The position numbers were made by a program, and so were the translations under genes. A model generated the notes under the pieces. The model did not search any database, had not been told where the DNA came from, and saw only the letters and a program-made list of their open reading frames with translations. A stretch of DNA of 62,000 nucleotides from the NCBI RefSeq assembly GCF_000737315.1, contig NZ_JMCB01000001.1, positions 82,001-144,000 of the forward strand, read 5' to 3'. This DNA comes from Hyalangium minutum. Its GTDB lineage: Bacteria > Myxococcota > Myxococcia > Myxococcales > Myxococcaceae. Of this stretch, positions 9,007 through 17,700 are shown in pieces (within the stretch, counting starts at the first letter, position 1; every line of letters starts with the position of its first letter).

Positions 9007-9609
9007 ATGTCCGCGACCGCCCAGAGCGAGCCCGTCGTCTTCAGTCAGTTGTTCGAGGCCCTGGTCATGCACGCCATGCGGGGCAGGTTGGATCCCGACG
9101 CCGTGCGCCGCCTCGAGACCGCCGGGCTCGACCTGAGCCGCCCGCTGCTTGTCGCCTACCCCCTCACCGTCTGGTACGACGTGGTGGGGATCTGCTCGGA
9201 GCTGCTCTTCCCGAACCTGCTTCGCAACGAGGCCACGTACGCCACCGGCAAGAAAACGGCCGAGGGCTACAGCCACACCACCATGGGCAAGGCGCTCTTC
9301 GACGGCCTGCGCAAGCTGGGCTGGCAGCGGGCGCTGAGCCAGCTGGCGCGCTCGCTGAAGACGGGCGGCAACTTCCTGGCGGCGCACTCCCACGAGCTGC
9401 CGGGCGGAGAGCTGGAGATCACCCTCGAGGTTCTCCCCGAGTTCATCCCCGCCCTGGCCGCGCACCCCGGCATCGACGCCAGCTTCATGCGCGGCTTCCT
9501 GGATGCGTCCGCGGAGCTTGTCCGCGGCCCGGCCTCGCCTCGCTTCGCGCTCACGGCGACGGACCCCGCCGCCCGCCGCGCTACCTTCGTGCTTCGCGAG
9601 AAGGCTTGA
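9007..9609 (+). CDS. DUF2378 / TIGR02265 Myxococcales-restricted protein
   Basis: VFSQLFEAL...L..AGLDLSRPLLVAYP...W...G...AEGY..TTMGKAL...LG..RAL..L.RSLKTGGNF pattern typical of the family. Confidence 0.85.
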   Translation: MSATAQSEPVVFSQLFEALVMHAMRGRLDPDAVRRLETAGLDLSRPLLVAYPLTVWYDVVGICSELLFPNLLRNEATYATGKKTAEGYSHTTMGKALFDGLRKLGWQRALSQLARSLKTGGNFLAAHSHELPGGELEITLEVLPEFIPALAAHPGIDASFMRGFLDASAELVRGPASPRFALTATDPAARRATFVLREKA

Positions 9610-12181
9610 GCCCGCTTCGAGGCAGGTACACGGTGAACGTCGCGCCCTCGCTGGGCTCGCTCCGCACTTCGATGCGGCCTCCCATCAGCCCCAACAGCTC
9701 CCGGGTGATCCACAGCCCCAGCCCCAGCCCTCCGTAGTTCTTCTCGGACACCGCGCGCGCAAAGCGCTCGAAGATGCGCTCATGGTCCTCGGGGGCGATG
9801 CCGATGCCATGGTCCCTCACCCGGATCATCACGTGCTCCGGGGTGGAGAAGATCGCGATCTGGATCGGCTGGCCTGGGCCGTACTTCGACGCGTTGGTGA
9901 GCAGGTTGGTCAGCACCTGCTCCAGCCGCAGCCGATCCCACCACCCCACGAGCGGCCCATCCCACGTGAGTGAGACGGCACAGCCGGCCCGCTCGAGCTC
10001 GGGCATCATCCTCTGGACGGCGTCCTCCACGAAGGCGGTGAGCTCGAACTCCTCCTTGTTCAGCCTCAGCATGTCCCGGGTGAGGCGCCTCACGTCCAGC
10101 AGCTCGTTCATGAGCCGCTTGAGCTGGTTGGCCTGGCTCTGGCACTGGGCAATCCGCCGCCGCAGCGCTTCGGGTGGCTCTTCCAGCCCGCGGCGCTGCA
10201 GATTCGCCAGGCTCAGCAAGAGGGCCGTCAGCGGCGTCTTCAGCTCGTGCCCCGCCACCAGGACGAACTGATCCCGGAGCGCGATGGCCTCCTGCGCCTC
10301 CTGGTAGAGCCGGGCCCGCTCCAGGGCCTGGGCACAGAGCTGGGCCAGCGCGAGCGCGAACGCACGCTCTTCCGGGCTGAAGGTGCGCGCGGTGCCGAAG
10401 CTGAGCACCAGCCCCCCGATCACCCTCCCCTCGACCCACAGGGGCAACGCCATCCAAGCGCCATCGATGATCTCCGGGACCCGCGACACCAGCTCCGGGT
10501 AGCGCTCCCGCATCACCCGCCCGGACTCGACCCAGATCGCCGTCTGCTGCTTCAGCGCGCAAGTGATGGGCGCGTTCATCGTCAAGGGGATGCGTGCGTA
10601 ACGCCGTCTCACCTGGCTGTCATACCCGGAGGCATGGAGCAGCTCGGCCGCCGTGCCGCTGGCGTCCACCCGGTACACCGCCGCAGCCCGCGCGAAGAGC
10701 GTGTCCTTGACCTCGTTCATGACGGCATCGGCGATCTGCGCGGGCAGCAAGGCCATTCCCAGGGACACGGCCACCCGGTGCAGGGCCTCGGTCCGATGCT
10801 CCAGCACCCCCTCGCGCTGACGGATCTCCCGCTCGATCCAGTGCAGCCGCGCGGCATCGAGCGCGGGTGAGGCCAGCACCGCGAGCACCTCCGCGAGCGC
10901 CAGGTCCTCGGCCCCGAGCGGCCCGGTGGGATCCGTCGAGGCAAACCAGAGGCACCCCAGGACATCGCCGTCCCATCTCAGCGGCACCACCAGGAAGTCC
11001 GTGAGCCCGGCCCCCCGCAGCTGGCCCAGGTGCTCCTCATCCAGGGACACGGCCTGGAGCACCAGCTCTGGGGAGCCACTGAGGAGCTGAGCCCGGCCGG
11101 TGTGAAGGGCCCGGGTGAGGATCGGGAAGAGCCGCGCCCAGGGGCCCTGCTCCCCGCCAGGACTGTCCGGGAAGAGCGCCATGCGCTCCAGCCCTTGCCC
11201 CTGAAGGAGCGCCACGCCCCCCCGATCCCCGAGCCACGGGAGCGCCAGCTGCTCGATGCGGCGGAAGAGCTCCCGCGTGTCCAGGCCCTTGGCCAGCGTC
11301 TGCCCCACCCGCGTCACCCAGGCGAGCCGCTCCTCGGCAGTCAGGGTGTGCGCCCGAGGCGTCCGCGTCCGGGAGGACAGTGGCTCCAGCCCCTGTGGCG
11401 AGGCCGGTTTCCCCCGAGTCACGCGGGACGCGCGGCGGCCAAAGCGCGCAGCCGAGAACGCATGCACCACGGCCAATACTGAGCGCACTTGCCCCTCCTG
11501 GTCGAACTCGGGGATCAGCCGCGAGTGCATTCGGGCGGGCTGGGGCTCTCGGCCCTCGCCCATGATGAGGAACCGGAACTCCAGTTCCTGTTGCTCTCCT
11601 CTTCGGAACGCCCGGCGGAATCCCTCGTTCCAGAGCCGGACGAGCTGCGGGGGCATGCCCAGTTCCTCGTTCGTCTTCCCCAGGAAGACCGCCGGGGGAA
11701 TGCCCAAGAGCTGCTCGCAGGAGGGGCTCATGTCGCTGTGGCGCAGTTGGGGATCCAGGCGCGTGATGAGCCGGCCCAGGGCACCGGGCTCCTCGGGCGC
11801 TAGGGAGAAACCAGGCGCTGCGCCATCTCCCTGCGTGATTCCCACCATCTGCCCGAGGAGCCACACCGTTCCCCGCTTCCGGACAGCATCCAGCGAGAGC
11901 TGGAACAGGCGAGGCGCCGCCCTGGCCCCACGGACAAGATACCGGCCCACCGAAGGATGGCCGCGGGTGGCGGCCTGACAGCTCGCGAGAAAACGCTCCT
12001 GGTCCTGCGCGAACAGCGTCTCCCACAGGAAGTGGGAGTCGTCCCACCAACGCGCCAGGGGGAAGCCGAGTGCCTCGGCATGCCCCTTCACGAACCGGCA
12101 CCGCAACGTCTCTGCTTCCGCCTCCCAGCTCACACAAATGGTGTGGGCGGGAAAGCAGCCGACCCTCGGATACTCCGTCAT
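9581..12181 (-). CDS. PAS/GAF/GAF sensor histidine kinase (cytoplasmic, orphan)
   Basis: H-box AGHELKTPL; N-box QVLTNLLTNASKY; G boxes RDHGIGI, FERF, GGLGLGL. Two GAF-like and PAS-like regions upstream; no transmembrane segment seen. Confidence 0.9.
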   Translation of the reverse strand: MTEYPRVGCFPAHTICVSWEAEAETLRCRFVKGHAEALGFPLARWWDDSHFLWETLFAQDQERFLASCQAATRGHPSVGRYLVRGARAAPRLFQLSLDAVRKRGTVWLLGQMVGITQGDGAAPGFSLAPEEPGALGRLITRLDPQLRHSDMSPSCEQLLGIPPAVFLGKTNEELGMPPQLVRLWNEGFRRAFRRGEQQELEFRFLIMGEGREPQPARMHSRLIPEFDQEGQVRSVLAVVHAFSAARFGRRASRVTRGKPASPQGLEPLSSRTRTPRAHTLTAEERLAWVTRVGQTLAKGLDTRELFRRIEQLALPWLGDRGGVALLQGQGLERMALFPDSPGGEQGPWARLFPILTRALHTGRAQLLSGSPELVLQAVSLDEEHLGQLRGAGLTDFLVVPLRWDGDVLGCLWFASTDPTGPLGAEDLALAEVLAVLASPALDAARLHWIEREIRQREGVLEHRTEALHRVAVSLGMALLPAQIADAVMNEVKDTLFARAAAVYRVDASGTAAELLHASGYDSQVRRRYARIPLTMNAPITCALKQQTAIWVESGRVMRERYPELVSRVPEIIDGAWMALPLWVEGRVIGGLVLSFGTARTFSPEERAFALALAQLCAQALERARLYQEAQEAIALRDQFVLVAGHELKTPLTALLLSLANLQRRGLEEPPEALRRRIAQCQSQANQLKRLMNELLDVRRLTRDMLRLNKEEFELTAFVEDAVQRMMPELERAGCAVSLTWDGPLVGWWDRLRLEQVLTNLLTNASKYGPGQPIQIAIFSTPEHVMIRVRDHGIGIAPEDHERIFERFARAVSEKNYGGLGLGLWITRELLGLMGGRIEVRSEPSEGATFTVYLPRSGLKPSREARR

Positions 12182-12328
12182 GTCCCCCCCACAATCCGCT
12201 CTGGGATTTCGTTTGGGATCACTGGGAACTGTTTCGTCCCTCAGTCACTAACACTCCCTTCACCTCACATGTTGATTCACCCTGGGTATTCCCCGAGGGC
12301 AGTGTCCCTGACGCCCCAGGGAGTTGGC

Positions 12329-14701
12329 TTACGGACGCTCGCGAACGACGAGCCGCCGGCGCGAGGAGAGGCCGCGGTCGTCGGTGACGAGGATCTCGTG
12401 GGTGCCCACGGCAGGCGTCCACCACAGGCGCTCGTCGGCCTTCGCCCGGCCGAGGAACTTTCCATTCACGAACCAGGTCAGCTCGCGATCGTGCGCTGTC
12501 TCCGCCTCCAGCGGGACTTCTTGCTGATCCGCGGAGACGCCAGGGATGAGGAGCGCCACCTGGCCCTCGGCGGGCGAGAGGATCTCCGGGGCGTGCTCGG
12601 CCCCACCAGGCTCGCAGCCAGGCGCGTACGCAGGAGGCGTGGGCAGGCTGCGGTGCTGCTCGGTGAGCCACCGGCGGATGCTCGCCGGCCACGTGAGGTA
12701 CACGCGGGACTCGACTTCACGGCCCGCCCGGCACGCGGGGCTCACCGCCAGCCCCGTCTTCGCGTCCACCTCCACCTTCAGGTGGTAGGGACAGGGCTCG
12801 GTGGGCACCGCGGAGCGCCGCGCGTAGACCTCCTTGCGATCCTTGCACGCGTCCGTGGGCAGGTGCCCGGAGTAGGTGCACACCTCCACGAGCGTGAGGT
12901 CCTGCGGCGCCACCGGCTCTTCCTTCACCGAGGCACGTCCGCGCGGGCCCACCGCCTCGAGCAGCTCGAAGAGCAGCGGCCCAGCGGCGTCCGCGCCCAC
13001 GAGGTGCACGCTGGGGGTGTTGTTCATGTTGCCGAGCCACACCACCGCCGTATGCCGGGGCCCCGAGCCCGCCGCCCACGCATCGCGGTGGCCAAAGCTC
13101 GTGCCCGTCTTCCAGTGCACCTGCGCGGGCATGCCGGTGAGCTGACGGCGCGCGGGGAAGTCCGGACGATCTCTCAGGGACAGGGAGCGCCGGGTGAGCC
13201 AAGCCGCACCTGGGGAGAACAGCTCCCGGGGCTCGGGGCGAGGCTTGCCCTCGTCCAGCAACAGCAGCGGGCGCGAGCGTCCTTCCTGCGCGAACGCCAC
13301 GTACAGCCCCGCCAGCTCCAGCGGCGTTACTTCGAGGCCACCCACGGCCGCGGACAGGCCGTAGTAGCCGGGATCGGGCCGCAGGCTGTTCACCCCGGCC
13401 AGACGCAGTGTGCCCAGGAAGCGCTCCACCCCGAGCGACCGCAGCAGGTTCACGAACGGCAGGTTGAGGGACTGAGAGAGGGCGTACTCCATGCGCACCA
13501 CGCCCATGAAGCGCCCGTCGAAGTTGTGCGGCACATAGCCGCCGTAGGACTCGGGAATGTCCGACACGAGGTGCTCGGGCAGCACGAGCCCTCGATCAAT
13601 GCCCATGGCATAGATGAGCGGCTTGAGCGCCGAGCCCGGCGAGCGCGGCGTGTCGAAGCCGGGGATCTGCCCACCGTGCCGGGTGTCGAAGAAGTCGAAG
13701 CTGCCCACCAGCGCGAGCACCTCGGCGCGCTCGTGGTCCACCACCACCGCGGCTCCGTTGTGGATGCCCTTGGTGGCCAGATCTCCCGCCGCGTCGCGCA
13801 TGAGGCGCTCGGCCAGCCGCTGCGTGCCCGCGTCCAGCGTGGTGCGCAGCCGCGTGAGGTCCCCGCGCAGGGCACGCAGGTACATGGCCGCGTGCGGAGC
13901 TTCCCGGGGGAACGGCGTGAGCCCGCGCGGCACGGGCGTGTTGCGGACCTCGGCGAGCACGGCCTCGGAGGAGGCCTTCGCCTCGGCGGGCCCCAGCGGG
14001 AGCGCCAGGTCCTCCAGCAGCCGTCGCGCCACCTCGTCCCGAGCCGCCTTGAGCCGCGCGGCATTCTCCGGCGTGGGGAAGCGCCGGTTCGGGTTCTGGG
14101 GCACCGCGAGCAGTGTGGCGATCTCCGCGGGGCTCAGGTGCGCGGAGCTGTGCCCGAAGTAGGCCAGGGACGCGGCCTCCACGCCCTCCACGTTGCGCCC
14201 GTAGGGGACGAACTGGAGGTAGGCCGAGAGAATGTCGTCCTTGGACAGGCGCAGCTCGAGCTGCACGGCCCGGAAGGACTCGATGAGCTTGGACAGCAGG
14301 GTGCGCGGCCGGGGCTCCAGCACGCGCACCAACTGCATGGTGAGCGTCGAGGCCCCGGACACCCGGCGCCCCTTCGTCACGTTGGACAGCACCGCGCGCA
14401 CCACCGCGAGGGGATCCACGCCGGGGTGCCAGGCGAAGCGCTTGTCCTCCAGCGCGAACAGCGCCCGGAGGTAGGCCGGGTCGATGGCCTGCGGCCTCAG
14501 GGGAATGCGCCACCGCTCATCCGGCGCAAGGAAGACGTGGGCCGGAGTTCCATCCCGGTACTCGATGACCACCGAGTGCGGCGAGGAGAGCCGCTCCGGC
14601 AGAGGCACCCACCACGCCGCCGCCCCCCCTGCCCCGATGAGAGCGAGGAGGAACAGCAGCGCGACGGCCACCCGTCTCCTGGTGATGCGCGGCAGCTTCA
14701 T
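12329..14701 (-). CDS. pbpC: Penicillin-binding protein 1C (transglycosylase/transpeptidase with C-terminal BiPBP_C domain)
   Basis: EDKRF and GASTLTMQL transglycosylase motifs; SALK, SLN and KTG transpeptidase motifs; directly downstream of alpha-2-macroglobulin, the conserved arrangement. Confidence 0.93.
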   Translation of the reverse strand: MKLPRITRRRVAVALLFLLALIGAGGAAAWWVPLPERLSSPHSVVIEYRDGTPAHVFLAPDERWRIPLRPQAIDPAYLRALFALEDKRFAWHPGVDPLAVVRAVLSNVTKGRRVSGASTLTMQLVRVLEPRPRTLLSKLIESFRAVQLELRLSKDDILSAYLQFVPYGRNVEGVEAASLAYFGHSSAHLSPAEIATLLAVPQNPNRRFPTPENAARLKAARDEVARRLLEDLALPLGPAEAKASSEAVLAEVRNTPVPRGLTPFPREAPHAAMYLRALRGDLTRLRTTLDAGTQRLAERLMRDAAGDLATKGIHNGAAVVVDHERAEVLALVGSFDFFDTRHGGQIPGFDTPRSPGSALKPLIYAMGIDRGLVLPEHLVSDIPESYGGYVPHNFDGRFMGVVRMEYALSQSLNLPFVNLLRSLGVERFLGTLRLAGVNSLRPDPGYYGLSAAVGGLEVTPLELAGLYVAFAQEGRSRPLLLLDEGKPRPEPRELFSPGAAWLTRRSLSLRDRPDFPARRQLTGMPAQVHWKTGTSFGHRDAWAAGSGPRHTAVVWLGNMNNTPSVHLVGADAAGPLLFELLEAVGPRGRASVKEEPVAPQDLTLVEVCTYSGHLPTDACKDRKEVYARRSAVPTEPCPYHLKVEVDAKTGLAVSPACRAGREVESRVYLTWPASIRRWLTEQHRSLPTPPAYAPGCEPGGAEHAPEILSPAEGQVALLIPGVSADQQEVPLEAETAHDRELTWFVNGKFLGRAKADERLWWTPAVGTHEILVTDDRGLSSRRRLVVRERP

Positions 14702-14707
14702 GAAGGG

Positions 14708-17700
14708 CTACAGCAGGAAGTCCTTCCAGGGGCCGGAGACCTCGACCTGCTCGCCGGCCTGGCGCGCCCAGATGCGGGGGTCATACATGGCCTCCGCCTC
14801 CACCGGCGGCAGCGTGAACTTGCCCGCCGTCACCGCGCGCACCGCGTAGACCACCTTCTTCGACTCGCCCGCCTGCAGGCTGCCGAAGACCTCCATCCGA
14901 TCGTCCCGGATGTTCACGTAGTCCGCGGTCCAGAGCTGCTCGGAGTCCACCCACTCCACGGCGCCGCCACGGCCCAGGCGGGCGTTCTCGATCTCCCAGC
15001 CGGCGGGGAGCCGATCCACCAGGGCGATGTTCTGGATGCGCTCGCTGGTGGTGTTCTTGAGCTCTACCTCCACATAGAGGAGGTCCGCGAGGTTCACGGC
15101 ATCGCCCGGGCTCACGGTGGAGCCGTCGAGCTTCTTGTACGTGCGGTTGATGGCCAGCCCATTGCCGCCCGTCTTCACGTCGCCGTTGGAGCGCACGCCA
15201 TCGCTGTTGATGATGAGGAAGAGCTTGCCCTCCCCCTTCTCCTTCAGGTCGAGCGTGACGCCCTTGCGCTCGCTGGCGCGGACCAGGGCCCACGTGCGAT
15301 CCGAGGCGCGCACCGTCTTGCCGCCCTCGTTGTTCTTCGGCGCCACCTCCTTGCCGTCCGCCACGAGCGTGGGCGGCGTGAAGCTGGAGGCCGCGCCGGA
15401 GACGCGCTTGCCCAGGCCGGTGATGCTCCAGACCAACTCCTGCGTGGTGTACCAGTAGCTGGAGTGGCCGATGAGCGACTGGGCCACCTGCTGCGCCAGC
15501 GGCTCGCCCGCGGGATCATTGCCGAACAGATCCTGGAAGGTGCTCAGCATGAGGCCCCGGCGGCGGCGATCCGAGTAGAAGGACCAGGTGTTGCGGCGCT
15601 CGTCGGTGACGGGCGACAGGTCCGGGTTCTTCAGATCCTTCTCGTAGCGCCGGTCGCCGGCCATGTAGAGCGCGGCCTTGAGGAGGTGCTCCTCCTCGCG
15701 GGCCTCGCCGTTGAGCGTCTTCTTCTGGGCCAGCTCGTCCACGAGCTTCTGGATGCGCGCCTTGCGGCCCTTGCCTGCCATGGAGAGCACGTAGTGCATG
15801 TAGGCCTCGGCGGACTGGCCGTAGTGGTCATCGCGGCCAGCGTTGCCCTCCTTGCGGTTGAGCTCCGTACCCAGCCAGGAGATCGCATCATCCAAGCGGT
15901 CCTGCGGGACGGGGTACTTGAGCTTTTGGGCGTCCAGCAGCATGTGCGTGGCGTAGGCGGTGCCCCAGGCTACGGGCTCGGCGCTGCCAGGCCAGTAGGC
16001 GAAGCCGCCCGAGGGCGTCTGCATGGAGAGCACGCGGTTGATGCCCGCCATGACCATGTCCTCCACCTTCTTGTCGCCGGTGAGCGAGGGATCCACGTTG
16101 TCAATCAGCTGCGAGACGAACAGCAGCGGCCGCGTGGAGGAGGTCGTCTGCTCGATGCAGCCGTACGGGTAGCGGACGAGGTAGCTCAGGTGCTGCATGG
16201 ACTCGGCGTAGGGATTCGTCGTCACCCAGAACGTGGAGCGCTCGGTGGTGGGCACCCAGCCCTGGAGGTACTGCGCCATGTCCACCTTGCCGGCCTCCAG
16301 CGGGATGCGCTGCACGAGGCGCTCACGCGGCCCCGCGGGCAGCAGCGGCACGTCGAGCTGCTCGAAGGCCGTGAAGCCCCCGGCCTCGGCCGTCACCTTC
16401 AGGCGGGCGGCCCCCACGGACTGGATGGCCTTGGCCTGGAAGACGAGCGTGGTGGCCTTCCCGTTCTCCAGCTTGGTGCGTCCCTCGCTCTTGCCCAGCA
16501 TCTGCAGCGGCGAGCCCATCGAGGCGGCCGGCATGGCCATGCCCGGCACCGGGAGGTTCTCGGCGGTGAGCGTCACCTTCACCTCCTGCGGACCGCCGGA
16601 GAGGTTGGTGAGGAACACGGGGATCTGGATCTCGTCGTTCTGCGTGAGGAAGCGCGGCAGCGTCGTCTGGAGCACGAGCGGATCGCGCACCAGCACCTGG
16701 GCATCCGCGCGGCCCACGCGCTGCGGGCCGGTGGTGATGGCCATGACGCGCACGGCGCCGCGGTACATGGGCAGCTGGAAGGGCACCGTCAGCTTGCCGT
16801 TGGCGGGCACGGGGAGCACGCCGCTCCACAGCGCCACCGGCTTCACCGGCTGCACGCGGCCACCCGCGCCGCTCTCGTCACCACCCGTGGAGCGCGAGTT
16901 GCCGCCCGGGGGCACCAGCAGCGTCCAGCCGATCGTCTCGTACGTCTCCACGCCCAGGGCGCGCTTGGCGAACAGCTCCTTGAGCGGGTCCGGCGTCTTG
17001 AAGCGCGTGAGCGAGAGGATGCCCTCGTCCACCACGGCCACCGTGGCGAAGGTGGGACCCTCCTGCGGGCCCAGCTCCAGGTTCACCGTGAGGGTGCTGT
17101 TGGAGCGGACCTCGGTGGGCGCGCTGAGCTTCACCGTCTGCGTGTAGTCCGTGGGCTCCAGGGGAACGCTCGCCACGCCGAAGGCGCGGTCGGGCATGAA
17201 GGCCTCGGCGGACTCCAGGTGCGGGTCCTTCACCAGGAAGGCGCTCACATAGACGTTGGGCGCGTAGGTCTTCGGCGTGAAGGCCCACGTCACCTCACCG
17301 GGCTCCACGGCCTTCCACTCGGAGGCGATGACCTGATCCGTCTCGGCGGTGAGCAGCACCCGGCCGCGGTAGGGCACCTTGAACTTCACGGCGATGGACT
17401 CGTTGAGCTTGCCCAGCTTGGGCAGCTCCAGGGCGATGGAGGCGGGCTTGAGCGGGCGCGGCGTCTGGTCCACTCGGGCCTCGCCATCGCCGTACCAGTA
17501 GTAGCGGCCGTTGCCCTCCAGGTAGAGGTCCGTCTGCGCCGCGCCGGAGCGCACGCGGACGATGAAGCCCGCCGCATCCTGCGTGGGCGTCACGTCGAGC
17601 TGGAACTTGCCGCCCTGCACCTTGGCGGTGCCACGGCCCTCGCGCACGGGGCGCAGGTAGCGCTGGTAGCGCTCATAGCCCTCGTCCTCGTCGTAGTAGT

